Part shown: in pieces, positions 25,615-39,090 of the stretch | Layout: every line of letters begins with the position of its first letter | Numbering within the stretch: position 1 is the stretch's first letter | From: the human T2T-CHM13v2.0 reference genome, Homo sapiens | Length of the DNA: 64,000 nucleotides | NCBI RefSeq assembly: GCF_009914755.1 | Contig: NC_060928.1 | Strand: one strand, 5' to 3' | Made by a program: the position numbers and the translations under genes | Notes under the pieces: generated by a model | What the model was told of the DNA's origin: nothing | Database searches by the model: none | The model's input: the letters and a program-made list of their open reading frames with translations, nothing else

Positions 25615-26522
25615 CACTGCCCTCTCTCAGGCTCCAGACTTGCATAGCAATTACTGACCATATGGCTCCTCACAGGACACTAAATTCAAGATGCTCCCAA
25701 ATGAGCCAGGAACTGCTCCTCTTAGTACCTGTGCATCAGCTGCCCAAACCGCACACCTGGGTGTTATCCCTGACTCCTTCTTCTGACTCATACACTTTAC
25801 AAGTTCTTCCTGAATTACTCCCGGATCCTCCCCATCCTCCTCATTTCCAGGACTGCCACCAAGATCAAGCCTGCATCACCTCTCACCTGGACTGCCGCTG
25901 CAGCCTCTTGACGGGCCTTGCCTTCTTTATTCTTCCCTCTGGCCAATCCATTCTCCACACAGCAGCCAGAGAAATTCATTTTTTTAAAAAAAAAAACAAA
26001 CCTGATTATGTCACTGCATGGCTTACTACTCATCAATGGCTTCTTACTACCCTTAGAGAAAAGCCCAGCCCAGTAAGGACTGAAGGCCCTGTGTGATCTG
26101 GCCCCTGCCCCCTCACTCCATGCCCTTCTCCCCTTCGCTCTGGCCCAGCCACAGTGATTTTCTTTCCCTCTTGCTAATGAGCTAATCCCTTCCCTGCCTC
26201 GGGCCTTGGCATACACAGTTCTGTCTGCCTGGCACTCATTTTCCTCAGATTCCCACCTCTTTGTTTAGTGCATTAAACAAAGCATTTTTTGAGGCATTAA
26301 ATTCATATACCCCCAAACCATGCCAGGTTGCTGGAGACTCTCATAGCTCACTGCCCTTGTGCTTTGAAGCATTCCTCAGCCTTCTAATTACTTGCTCCAC
26401 TGTCAGATCCTTGAGGCCAGGCCTCCTCTCTCTGTTCCTCTCTGGACCCCTTGTACCCAACACAGCACTGAACACCTATTCATTCAGTGATCCAGCCCTT
26501 CATTCATTCACTCATTCACTCA
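25615..26522 (+). mobile_element. L2 remnant
   Basis: ccaatccattctccacacagcagccaga; cctgattatgtcactg; aggccctgtgtgatctggcccctgcc. Confidence 0.7.
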
Positions 26523-27104
26523 AAGACATTTGTTGTCATTTCTGTCCCCATTTCTGGTTTGGTAGTGGAAAAAGACTTAGTGAAATAATTGCCCAAATAG
26601 TTTATTTGTTAGAGTTAAAATCAGGCCTGCAAGCAGAAAGAGAAGGCATTATGAACGATGTAAACAAGACATAGGAGGTGCGAGGAGAACGGAAGATGGA
26701 TTTTCTATCAAGAACAAGAATGGGAAGATTTTCTGCCATCTTGACTCTAATTCTTATCTCCATTTTCACCCTGAACCTTACACTAGACCAAGTTACATAA
26801 ACCCAGTGTGAGACAAGTTTAGTTGAAATATTCTTTTAACCAATTAATTGCCATTAGTGCTGCCTCCTTGGAGCTTCTGACTTCAGAAAAATAATCCAGG
26901 AACGTTCTGCCACTAATTCTTCTACCTTGCCCGCCACCATTTTTCTGATTATTTTTCTACTCTCAGACACTCTCTCCATCATAGGCTGGCTCTGCTCGTC
27001 TTGGAGCCTGTGTAGAACAGGACTCCATGTGCCAAGCTAAATCTGCTCCGCTTCATCATCGCTTAGGCTGCCAAATTGGGTCAATATAGTTTTAGAATGT
27101 AAAA

Positions 27105-27270
27105 ATATATTTCTATTCAGTATATATATTATATATATATTTATGTGTTCCAGTATATATATACTGAAGTACATATTTATATGTTCCAGTATATATATAT
27201 ATGTATATATATACATATATATATACTGAAATATATATATGAAATTTATAAATTGTATTTATACATACAT
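27105..27270. repeat. Degenerate (TA)n-rich simple repeat
   Basis: Direct reading; includes repeated tgttccagtatatatata units. Confidence 0.9.
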
Positions 27271-27758
27271 AAGGAAAGAATAGAAACACCAAGGAAGGCC
27301 TGAGGGCAGCTTTGATGAAGATTATGGGATGGTTAACCACCAACTCTTCTCTTCCCCAGTCATCCTGGACAATTGGCCATTGCTTTCAGCCTATTAACAC
27401 CCTCAAGATGCACTGAACATATGTTGACAGTCAAGCACTGATGTGTCTTAGAGCATCAGGTGGTAAACAATGATGAGTTTCCTGGCTGGAATTTGGAGGT
27501 CAGAGACTATTCTGGGGTCCCTAATCTTCAAACACCCAGATTTCTTGTGGGCCAATCTGTCCTCCACCTGCCTTGTCCACGAAGGAGTAGAGAGTGGATG
27601 AAGAAGCCGGATTCTTCACGTGAAATCTCTGAGCCTGGGGCATGGGAGAGCCCACCCAGGCTCAGGCCTCAGCCCAGGCATCTTACCTGCCTAAGTGGTA
27701 ATCCCTGAACAGGAAGACCTTTTGGAGAATTCTTTACCTCCTGTCCAAAGTGGCAAGT

Positions 27759-27777
27759 TGGCCACAAGGGGGAAGCA
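27759..27777 (+). promoter_or_regulatory. Candidate CTCF site
   Basis: TGGCCACAAGGGGGAAGCA closely matches the CTCF core consensus TGGCCASYAGRKGGCRSYR. Confidence 0.55.
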
Positions 27778-28417
27778 TCACACAAAGATAGTGCTCTGGC
27801 CGACCTGCTCTTTGCTCTGACTTTCCTATTGTTATCTGGGCCAGGAAGGCAGGTGAGGAGGGCCCACTGCCGAAGGCTGTGGTTCAGCTGAGACCATGCC
27901 CACCTGATGTCTTGAATATGGCCATGAAGCCAATGAACACTCGATGAATAGTAATCGACATGTGATGAATATTCAGGATTTAATTTATTAATGAAATTAA
28001 GCAGAGCCCTGGAAAAGATAAGCGTAGGTGGCAAAATTCTTAGATCTGAAGATTCATCATATGCTGAAAACTGGGAATTGAACAATCTGGTTCCAACATG
28101 GGCCCTGCAATGCAGTCACTGGTCGTGGGCTTTTCAGGCCATCTTTTGGCCTCGTCTGTCATTCCCCTTTCTGTCTTTATTACAGTGCTGCTGTGAGGAT
28201 GAAGCAAGAGAATATGAAACTGGTGATGAGGTATTGCAAATGTACAAGACCTACAACTCAGGCAAGCAAAAAAAATGCAGCGCAGCTGATCATTACTGTA
28301 GATGGTCATGACCTTCCTGAGGTGGGGGTGCGTGTGTGTGTGTGAGAGAGATTCAGCCTGGCATAATTTAGTTTAAATCTTAGGTCAACTTAATAATCGA
28401 AATAGCCTTTTAAAGCT

Positions 28418-28510
28418 AGGGTGCCAACCTTCCTGTTTGTCAGGACTTTTCCAGTTTTGATACCCCGGAGTCCTGGGCCCTGGAACCTCCATCAGTCCGA
28501 GGAAAACCAA
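28418..28510. mobile_element. MER94-like hAT remnant
   Basis: agggtgccaaccttcctgtttgtcaggact..ccagtttt..gagtcctgggccctggaacc..tcagtcc..ggaaaacc. Confidence 0.45.
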
Positions 28511-29189
28511 AACTCAACTCAAGTCTCCTCAGGCTCTCTGATCCCCTCCCCATCTTTATTTATTCTCCAAAAAGGCTCTGGGTATAATTGTGGAAGGCCG
28601 TGGCTCCCAGACTCTCAGCAGGAAAGAAGAGCCCAGACCTTTGGGTCTCTGTGCAAAACTCTGAACCCTTTCTGCCTCTCTTGAGGGTGGCAGGACTGGC
28701 TTTGCAGACTTGGTGGGCTCCCATGCTGGGGCCCACTGCTAGAGTCTGCGGCTTTTGCTCTTTATCTCAGTCTCCACTGACTCCATCCCCTTAACTCTGC
28801 TCTCTGGCCAGGCCAGCAGCCCTCATGCCCACCAGGGCCACTCCCTCTGCCTGTGCACTTCCCAGTCATCTGCTCGCCATGGGGAGGACTTGAGCAGCTG
28901 GAAGTGCTGCCTTTGGCTCATTTGATCATCCATCTCCACAACAATGCCTATCACTGCTCTTGTCCCATTACAAGCTGCTGTGGCAGACAAGGGCTTTTCC
29001 CAAAGGCTTGCGGCCTCCCCAGAATGACTCGGAACACGAGCACTAGCAACATGTCTCCAGCCTTCCTCACACATCAACTGGGTACCAGTGACGGCTTGTC
29101 CTGGGCAGAACTTGAAGATGACCACCAGGATTCCAGGCCCTTGGTGCACACACCTTCTCCCAGTATTCAAACACTCACCTAGGTGCTGT

Positions 29190-31503
29190 GTGTGGTGAAG
29201 GGCTTTTGCAGATGTGATTAAAATCCCAAATCAGTTGATCTTAAAAGAGGGAGATTACCCAGGTGGTACAGACCCACTCACATGAGCCCTTTAAATACGT
29301 GTTCAGAGGTCAGGGACAGATAAGTCAGAGAGATTGGAAGTGTGAAACAGCCAGAAGGAGAGGCCACATGGCAAGGAGCTGAGGGCATCCTCTAGCATTC
29401 GAGAGCCATCCTTGTACAAAAGCTAGCAAGACATCAGTCCCACAACTGCCAGGAAAGGAATTCCGGAATTCTGCTAACAGCTGGAACATACTTGAAAGTG
29501 AACCTTTCTCTAGTTGGTCCACCAGATAGAAACACAGCCTCTTTTTTTTTATTATTTATTTTTTATTGATCATTCTTGGGTGTTTCTCACAGAGGGGGAT
29601 TTGGCAGGGTCATAGGACAATAGTGGAGGGAAGGTCAGCAGATAAACAAGTGAACAAAGGTCTCTGGTTTTCCTAGGCAGAGGACCCTGCGGCCTTCCGC
29701 AGTGTTTGTGTCCCTGGGTACTTGAGATTAGGGAGTGGCGACGACTCTTAACGAGCATGCTGCCTTCAAACATCTGTTTAACAAAGCACATCTTGCACCG
29801 CCCTTAATCCATTTAACCCTGAGTGGACACAGCACATGTTTCAGAGAGCACAGGGCTGGGGGCAAGGTCACAGATCAACAGGATCCCAAGGCAGAAGAAT
29901 TTTTCTTAGTATAGAACAAAATGAAAAGTCTCCCATGTCTACCTCTTTCTACACAGACACGGCAACCATCCGATTTCTCAATCTTTTCCTCACCTTTCCC
30001 CCCTTTCTATTCCACAAAGCCGCGATTGTCATCCTGGCCCGTTCTCAATGAGCTGTTGGGTACACCTCCCGGACGGGGCGGCTGGCCGGGCAGAGGGGCT
30101 CCTCACTTCCCAGTAGGGGCGGCTGGGCATAGGCGCCCCTCACCTCCCGGATGGGGCGGCTGGCCGGGCGGGGGGCTGACCCCCCCACCTCCCTCCCGGA
30201 CAGGGCGGCTGGCTGGGCGGGGGGCTGACCCCCCCACCTCCCTCCCGGACGGGGCGGCTGGCCGGGCGGGGGCCTGACCCCCCCACCTCCCTCCCGGACG
30301 GGGCGGCTGGCCGGGCGGGGGGCTGACCCCCCCACCTCCCTCCTGGACGGGGCGGCTGGCCGGGCGGGGGGCTGACCCCCCCAACTCCCTCCCGGACGGG
30401 GTGGCTGCCGGGCGGAGATGCTCCTCACTTCCCAGACGGGGTGGCTGCCGGGCGGAGAGGCTCCTCACTTCTCAGATGGGGCAGCTACTGGGCGGAGGGG
30501 CTCCTCACTTCTCAGACGGGGCAGTTGCCAGGCATAGGGTCTCCTCACTTCTCAGACGGGGTGGCCGGGCAGAGATGCTCCTCACCTCCCGGTCGCGGCC
30601 GGGCAGAGGCGCTCCTCACATCCCAGATGGGGCGGCGGGGCAGAGGCGCTCCCCACATCTCAGACGATGGGCGGCTGGGCAGAGACGCTCTTCACTTCCT
30701 AGATGGGATGGCGGCTGGGAAGAGGCGCTCCTCACTTCCTAGATGGGATGGCGGCCGGACGGAGAGGCTCCTCACTTTCCAGACTGGGCAGCCAGGCAGA
30801 GGGGCTCCTCACATCCCAGACGATGGGCGGCCAGGCAGAGACACTCCTCACTTCCCAGACGGGGTGGCGGCCGGGCAGAGGATGCAATCTTGGCACTTTG
30901 GGAGGCCAAGGCAGGCGGCTGGGAGGTGGAGGTTGTAGGGAGCTGACATCACGCCACTGCACTCCAGCCGGGGCACCATTGAGCACTGGGTGAACGAGAC
31001 TCCGTCTGCAATCCCGGCACCTCGGGAGGCCGAGGCTGGCAGATCACTCGCGGTTAGGAGCTGGAGACCGGCCAACACAGCGAAACCCCGTCTCCACCAA
31101 AAAAATACGAAAACCAGTCAGGCGTGGCAGCGCGTGCCTGCAATCGCAGGCACTCGGCAGGCTGAGGCAGGAGAATCAGGCAGGGAGGTTGCAGTGAGCC
31201 GAGATGGCAGCAGTACAGTCCAGCTTCGGCTCGGCATGAGAGGGAGACCGTGGAAACAGAGGGAGAGGGAGACCGTGGGGAGACAGGAGAGGGAGAGGGA
31301 GACCGTGGGGAGACGGGAGAGGGAGAGGGAGAGGGAGAGAAAACACAGCCTCTTGACACCTTCTTCTGCCTTCTTCCCTCGGCTGAGGGCCCACCTAAAA
31401 CATGCAGTCTCCTGACCCATGGAAACTGTGAGATAATAAATATGTGTCATGTTAAGCCACTAAGTTTATGATAATTTTCTACATGGTACAGAAAACAAAT
31501 TCA
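29190..31503 (+). mobile_element. MLT1 (E/F-like) LTR split by the SVA (29190-29543 and 31341-31503)
   Basis: tttgcagatgtgattaaa..aatcagttga..gggagatta; 3' part gaaactgtgagataataaatatgtgt..ttaagccactaagttt. Confidence 0.8.
29544..31340 (-). mobile_element. Full-length SVA retrotransposon (subfamily C/D-like)
   Basis: Poly-T (~29544-29567), SINE-R (~29568-30060), GC-rich VNTR (~30063-30880), Alu-like domain (~30880-31250), (CCCTCT)n hexamers (~31255-31340); TSD aaacacagcctctt at 29530-29543 and 31341-31354. Confidence 0.97.
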
Positions 31504-32190
31504 TTGCCCCTTCTTTGCGTAGATGGGAAGAGGAACCACCTTTACATATTCCTTTCTCCCCAACTCCTTTCTCCCTTCTCCTTCCCTACAATCCTTCCAA
31601 TTGGACAGGCAGACTTTTCCTTCCTTAGTACAGCCAGACCTGTGGCCTTACTGCCATGTGGGAAGGAGTCTTTTCTCAACAATTCCAAAGATGTACATGA
31701 TTTGAGACCTCCAGGTGTAAAATGACTGTGCTCTGAATACCCTAGCATGATTTGGAATTGAAGATAACTGAGGATTAATATGGTGGTTTGCCATTCCCCA
31801 AATACTATCCCCCTTACACGTTATGAAGATGCAGATGTTATATATGATTACAGCAAATGCTGCAAGTGGTGGTCTGAACAAGGAGCAAAACAAGTTTTAC
31901 TCCTTGACATTTTCTGAGTAGATGCTCAAACTTACTAATCCAAATTTATTTATTTCACTAATATTGTCTATTCCAAATTAATTTATTTCACAAATATTGT
32001 CTCAACTTTCTGTTACTGGTTGTCAACATAGACTTAGTATTGGCAAATCATCTACTCATATTTGTGAAATGTGTGTCCATTACCAGGGGCCACTAGGCTA
32101 TGTGTTAAGGCCAGTTAGAAGCCACAAGAATCAAAGCAACACTTTAAACTGGAGGGTCAATTTTATTTGAAGATTGTTAGAAAAAGCTAA

Positions 32191-32520
<330 letters not shown>

Positions 32521-33934
32521 CAATTTGTCATTTAAAGCTTATTTGTAACATTTAAAAGGAACAGTGATCGGTTGTGGAGGTGAATGGGATCATGCATGAA
32601 ATTTCGAGACAAAACAAGTGTTTTCAGAGAATTTATAGGCTTGATTTAGCCTGTGCCACAGAACTCAGGGGCCATGTGACCACTCCCTTCTATCATTGGC
32701 AATCCATTTGGGGATTAGAAGACCATTACCTAATCACATGTAGAAAATGGATAGGGGAGAGAGAAAGGAGGAAGAGGTATCAGGGTTTATGAGAAGAATC
32801 CAAAAATTGGTGGTGTTAGGGGTCTACTCCCATGGTAGGAGCACCAAAGACCCAAGGCTGGTTGGGTTAAAGTCATAGAATCATAGCACATTTGAACTAG
32901 AAAGCTTTAGTTAGTCAGTTTTTAGATGTGTAAATGGTACTATGTTTTTATTTGTACATTATTTTCACATATTCAACTAGAGGTACAGTCCCTCAAGGAG
33001 GACTGGGATTTTTATAGTTGGGATATGAAGAGAATTAAGAAGTCAATGTTAAGATTTTGACAACCAGAATTCACTCTCAATGCCCATTTCAGGAATAGTA
33101 GTTGGGAAAGCCACACATTGAATTGCAAGAGCCAGACACTTGAGAGAAAAAATAGCATATTTTTCAAATTCCCAAAGCTTTTCTTTAAATATTTAGTAAC
33201 AGAGCTTGGAGGACCAAGCATAAATTTTTTACTATAAACCAAAAAGCTAGAAGAATGTAGGATATGACAAATTCAATTTCCTGCCACACAGGAAGGCAAT
33301 TTTAAACTTTCTGAAGTGGGAAGAAGAGCTTGGAGGGAGAGGAGAGGAGAGAGCAAGAAAAGGCAAATGACCCTGGGAGAAGGTGAGCATTGGACACTCC
33401 CTAGGCAGGTTTGAGGGTGAGAGGAGAGAGGAAATGTCTATGCCATACCCTGACTGAAACTCTGTGGGGATGGAGCTCATCAAACACCCTGGGCCTATGC
33501 AATAAGATAATTAAGTTAACATTTAAAATCTTGTGTGATCTTTCAGCCCTGAATTCTGTGATGATAAATCTTCCTACGAAGATTGGATGCATATTTTGGA
33601 AATCTAGAATACTGGCTTTACTGAAAATTTTTTTGAGTTTCTTCTGATTGTGAAATGTTTGTCACATTGGGGTTATGAGCACTGCAGAGAGGTGTGAGGT
33701 AGTGATCAGTATTCCTCTGCTCACAGCCCCTTTTTCTACTGTGGGCTGAGGGTGGGTCATCAGCTTTCACAGATGACCTCTGTGAAATTCTGTGAGAACT
33801 CTGACAGCATGAGCTGTTGGGTTTCCTTCTTCGTGCTTATAAAGTAATTAGGAAGAAAAACCAGTGACCAGTGGAAGACAATCCCAAAGGGGAGACCCAT
33901 ATGAACTGCCGGTAATTGCCTCATCTTATACTTC

Positions 33935-34715
33935 ATTTTTAAAATGGGTTTTATTGCAATATAATCCACATACCATACAATTCAACCAAGGGTACAGTTC
34001 AATGGTTTTTAGTATATTCATAGATGTGCAGTTATCACAACTTTAGAACATTTTCATAACACCCAGAGGGAGCCCCGTAATGCTTTAGCTATAATTTTTT
34101 TCCTCTCCTTGACCCACCTCCCCCAACCCTAGGCAACTAATAATCTACTTTATTTGCTTAAATTGAATTAAATTTATTTATTTAATTATTTTATTTATTT
34201 TATTTTTTTAGAAACAGGGTCTTCCTCTGTTGCCCAGGCTGGAGTGCAGTGGTGCAATCACAGCTCCCTGTAGCTTCAAACTCCTGGGCTCAAGTGATCC
34301 TTTTGCCTCAGCCTCCTGAGCAGCTAGGACTCCAGTGCCATGCCACCATGCCCAGCTAATTTTAAAAAATATTATAGAGATGGGGTCTTGCTATATTGCC
34401 CAGGCTAGCCTCAGGCTCCTTGGCTCAAGCAATCCTTTCACGTTGGCATCTCAAAGCACTGGGATTATAGGTATGAGACATTATGCCTGGCCTACTTTCT
34501 ATCTCTATAGATTTTTCTGTTCTGGACATTTTATACTTAGGAATCATATAATATGCAGCCTTTTGTGACTGGATTCTTTCACTTAGCATAATATTTCAAT
34601 GTTGTAGCATCCATCAGAACTTTATTCCTTTTTATGGACAAATAATATTCCATTGTATAAATATGGCACATCTTGTTTATCCATTTATCAGATATGAACA
34701 TTTGGATTGTTTCCT
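33935..34715 (-). mobile_element. L1MB-like 3' fragment with nested minus-strand AluJ (~34175-34492)
   Basis: ataatccacataccatacaattca..ttttagtatattca; ttttgtgactggattctttcacttagcataat; Alu between. Confidence 0.85.
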
Positions 34716-36399
34716 CCTATACTACATTTTGTGTGTCCCCTAGCATCTGAGGTTTTACTACTAAGCTCCTAACAATGAGACCTACTTCCCTTTTCTGAAA
34801 ACATAGGTGGACTAAGAAACCCTGTTCCCTCTGGAATTCAGACAAATCAAATTATATATGTGTTGAGTGACACTTGAGGTAATGCCAAAGACAGAGGCTT
34901 AGAGAGTACCTTGCAGTGGTTTGTAATGATGGTGATCCAGGCAGAACCTGAGAGGTTCAGGGTCTGACATTCCCTCAAAGGTGATCAGGCTCAGGAGGCC
35001 TGACTCACATCAAACTCAACTGAAACCCCAACCTAAACCCAAACCACCTTAGAAACCAGGAAGCTAATTTATAATTTTATAATATTTCCAAACAGACCTG
35101 GAGGCCAGAGTTGGCTGATTTACATATGACCTTCCTGTAGGGAAGAGTACAGGAGATGTCAGGTTACTATCAGATAATTGCCTTGCAGTGCAGGCATAAG
35201 GGACCGGATAACTTTAAAGAATTGACATTTAAGCCATAACAGTTGGACATGCTTCCATATATGCCTGATAAGCTTTCTTCTGGTCATGACACTGCTTCTC
35301 AATAGTACTGGATAAACACTGACCACCTCTTGCCATTTTCACCATCTCCTTCTTCTCATTCCAAGTTGAGCACTAGCCTTTTATGTATGCTGAAATTTTA
35401 GAACACAATTATTTAGAACAGTAATTTCCAAAAACATTTTGGGGAGTGCTAATCCCATATATATTTATTTATAAATTATATACATGCACTAAAATTTATT
35501 TGTATATTAATTTATATGTTCAATGAAAGTTTATTTCTATAAATATTTATTTTTTCCAAAGTCAACTAAAGATGGATATTTCTATAAATAAATAAATAAG
35601 TAAATAAATAGTCTTGTTCCCCCCATTTAACGATCTCTGTTTTGGATTTTGTTGTTGTTGCTGTTCTTGCATTAAATCCATCTCAGGTCTACAGTTCTAT
35701 TTTAACCATCTGATCTTTTGGTTGGGTTTACTTTCATTTGTACCAGCCTTAGAAGCCCATCTTTTAAGGGAGGTTATTTAGAAGAGGGCAGAAGGGCTAC
35801 CTCATCTGTTTTATATTGATTCCGTTAGTTTCAATTTTAGCTGAGGTGACATTTTTTGTTCATCTCCCGAGATTCCAGAGAGAAGCCCACTGCAGCCTTC
35901 TAAGCACTGACTGAAACCTTGCAGGGGAGTTATATTACGGACTTAGGCTTCTCTGAGAAGAGAAATGGTAGGAGATGAGTGTCTGGAGTGGGTGGGGAGA
36001 GTTACTTCTAGCCTAGCAGAAATGTGGGTTAATGGCACCAAGATGGTGAAATTGGGGGTAGTAAAAGAACATGAGAATTGGCAAGAATGATGGAGAGCCA
36101 ATGCTCATTAGCAGTTAGCCTGTTGGAAGTAGGCACTGTGTTCTGCCTTTGAACTACACTCAGTAATGGACTGTGGAGATGCTCAGAGAAATTGAAGTGA
36201 AGCTGGATCCCCTAGAGCACAGAACATGATGGTTCCAGAAAATTATCTGGTCATAAATGAGAGACACCAGTAAATTAGAATTTGGGTACTCTAGAGGGAA
36301 GAGTTTTGGCTTAAAAAAAGAATGAGTTGGGTTTCCGATGAAAAGGAACCTGCTTCCTGGGAGACCAATGTTGCTAAATGAGAGAATTCTACCCTTGGA

Positions 36400-36587
36400 C
36401 GGTTTTTAAAGTTGCAAATTGGAATAACCTGGGAAGCCATAAAAATGCTGGTGCCTGAGTCTCAGTCCTAGACTTTCTGATTTCATCCATTTGAGACGAG
36501 GTTTGGCCACTGAGATTAAAACAACCACATACAGAAAACCTCCAGATGATTCTAATGTGCAGCCAAGGTTGGGAACCATTGCACTAG
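36400..36587. mobile_element. MER5A/B hAT-Charlie element
   Basis: ggaataacctgggaag..ctccagatgattctaatgtgcagccaaggttgggaaccattgcactag. Confidence 0.8.
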
Positions 36588-37577
36588 AGGATGGAAGAAT
36601 GGAGTGGCCTAAGGAAATTAGAGGAGGAAGCTTGGGGAGGAAGTGGAGGGACCTGAACAGCCTAAGTAATCCTAGAAGGCTGAACCTCAGAGCCTTTGTG
36701 ACTTCATCCGCCTCACTCCCATAGACACTGGAGAAGGGATTCACAAAGAAAAGGAAACAGGAAAAGCCTGGGATTTCTACTGCATGTCAGGAAAGTGACC
36801 ATGAAACTGAGTCGTGGAGCCTTCTGTTTAGGAGCTGACCTCCGTCTTGGTTGCAACTGCAGGTGTTACTCAATAATTCCCTTGCAAGCCCAGTGCTGGA
36901 AGCAGCAAAAGTCCTCCATAATTGGTGTCTCTTATTGGGTCCGTTGCCTTCTCTCCCTTCTCTGCACCAAGCCCCCCACCCCCACCCTAGCCTCTGTGTA
37001 CAGGGAGCCCTCCAGCCCAACCATGGATTTCTCTTCAATTCTACCATTTTCCAGGCATGAGAAGGAAGGGGAGGGAATGACTTCCTTTGGCCTAGAAATA
37101 TCTGGGAGAATATGCTATACGGTCCTTGAGCAGACACAAAAGAGAATATTCTGGAGCTGCATTTTCCAAAGTATGTTTCTTAGATGCTGGATCCTCAAGG
37201 TGTTCCTCCCTGTGTCCGCGCAAGCTTGGGAAATGCAGCAGGCTTCCGCGCCCTCGTTGAGATTCACACTGCCTGTGAGTAGAGTAAATGCTTTGAGATC
37301 TGGAGAAAGAAACCTGTTTGTTTTTCTTTAACCCTCACATCCCCAACTCATCTGGCCATGGAATTGTTTTTTTCTGCTTAACACATTAACATCTTGCCTC
37401 TTTCTCATGACACTTTTGGGAAACTGCCTCAGAAGCTACAATCAGTGGCTTCATTCACAAAGGACAAAGAAGGCAGCTGCATCCTGCACACATGAAACGG
37501 GGCAAGAACTCCAGTTAGGCCCTGGCCTCTCTTGGTAATTGTGCCCTTTTTCCACCCCCTCTGCAGCACCCCCTTCC

Positions 37578-37593
37578 CGTTGCCATGGCAACG
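37578..37593. promoter_or_regulatory. Perfect palindromic RFX X-box
   Basis: CGTTGCCATGGCAACG, a 16-bp perfect palindrome containing the RFX consensus GTTGCCATGGCAAC. Confidence 0.8.
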
Positions 37594-38353
37594 CCCCAGA
37601 GAGTAAGGACCAGGTCTTCTATTTCTTTCTTACATCCCTTCTCCTCACCCTGCTCTGTGTCTAGAAGAGAGCTGAACACGCAGTAGGTAATGTTTGCAAA
37701 ATTTGATTGATTGAGGGTTTGGGGGGTTTCATTTGGGCCATCTGCAGGTGGGCTGGGTAGCAGAAGAAGGCCTCCCATGGTTTGCTTCTATGTATCTGGG
37801 TAGAGGAGTTGGAAAAGACGGTGGGAGAGTGCAGGTCTGGGAGCTCACACAGCTTTGGCACTGCCTGTTTTTTTTTTCGTTTTGTTTTTGTTTAATGCTA
37901 CAATAATAAATATTTCACAAATTAGGAATGGTGAAGGGCATGACAAAAAAAGAAAACGTTTTGATTTCTTGGTATGTCAGGGTTCAGGGGTAAATTTTTC
38001 TTTCCATAAAATGTCTGGTCATGTTGCTTGTTATAATTTTTTTTTTTTTTTTGGTAACAAATAATTTCCTTTTAAGTTGGAGGAAAAAAGAGAATGTCTT
38101 ACTTTTGCCTATGTCTCTAAATGGTGACCATATTTTCAAAGCTCCAAACCAGGACACAGAGCCTGATACACAGCCTTACAGGACATTTGAAATGGGGGGC
38201 TGCCAGGACAGAGTATTTGGAGTGGAGGTATCTGGCCTCCTAGCTGCTGTGCCCAATGCCTTAGGAGTAACATCATTTCTAAATTACAGATGCAGTGAGG
38301 CCAATTTGGATATCCAGTGGGGAAACCTGGGGACCATATATGTTCTAAATTGA

Positions 38354-38372
38354 TATCTGCCTATCTATCTAA

Positions 38373-38403
<31 letters not shown>

Positions 38404-38415
38404 CCATCTATCTAT
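38354..38415. repeat. (TCTA)n microsatellite
   Basis: Direct reading. Confidence 0.95.
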
Positions 38416-38867
38416 ATTTTTCTATTTATTGCCAGAAAGTCAAGAGCAGCCTTCCCAGAGGACAAGACAACAACAAAACCTACAGAAATTCTCTCTAGGG
38501 TCTCAGTACATGCAAGATCTGGCTCTTTGCTGCCTGTGTGGCTGCCCAATCCCAGCCTCAGCAATGTCTGAATGAAGGGTTTGTGGGCATCTGCATGATG
38601 CAAGCCATGAGCTGGGGAGCCGCACAGTATGGGTTCTGTCTTCTGGCTGGCTGAAAAGGCTTCTCAGGCTCTGAAAGTACCAATTCTTCAGGCATGAGTG
38701 CTGGTGGAGGATTATCTTTTAAATCAGCTGGTTCTTATTTTCTTAAGTGTGAAAGAAGGAGGGTGGTCAGGAGTGTGTTTGCGTATGTGTGTGTGTGACA
38801 GGCCAACATTAGTATAGTATCTGCCATGTGCTGAGAACTTTATGCAAATCTTGTATATAATTGCCAT

Positions 38868-39030
38868 CTATCTATAGATATGTATAGATATATATATAGA
38901 TGTATATAGATATTTGTGGATGTAGGTATATCTAGAGATAGATAGCAATTTATATATGTTTTATATATATTAGATATATAGCTATATATATTTCAGATAT
39001 ATATCTGAATGTATATCAATATATCTATAC
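38868..39030. repeat. Degenerate (TA/TAGA)n low-complexity tract
   Basis: Direct reading. Confidence 0.85.
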
Positions 39031-39090
39031 ACATCAAGTTATTTTATTTTTACAATACTCTTTTAATGCTGATAAACAGAAAAGAAAATG

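Noticed and set aside
25494-26096. Longest ORF in the track (200 aa)
   Set aside because: Non-ATG start, lies largely in an L2 remnant, and has no domain-like sequence.
30063-30880. Regularly repeated ~40-50-bp units that look like a CRISPR array or CpG-island promoter
   Set aside because: No unique spacers or cas genes; this is the standard SVA VNTR in a eukaryotic context.
29921-31471. Many overlapping Pro/Gly/Arg-rich ORFs on both strands
   Set aside because: Artefact of the GC-rich, stop-poor SVA VNTR and Alu-like domains.
36795-37331. 178-aa ORF upstream of the RFX box
   Set aside because: No recognisable homology or exon structure; comparable ORFs in overlapping frames indicate chance.
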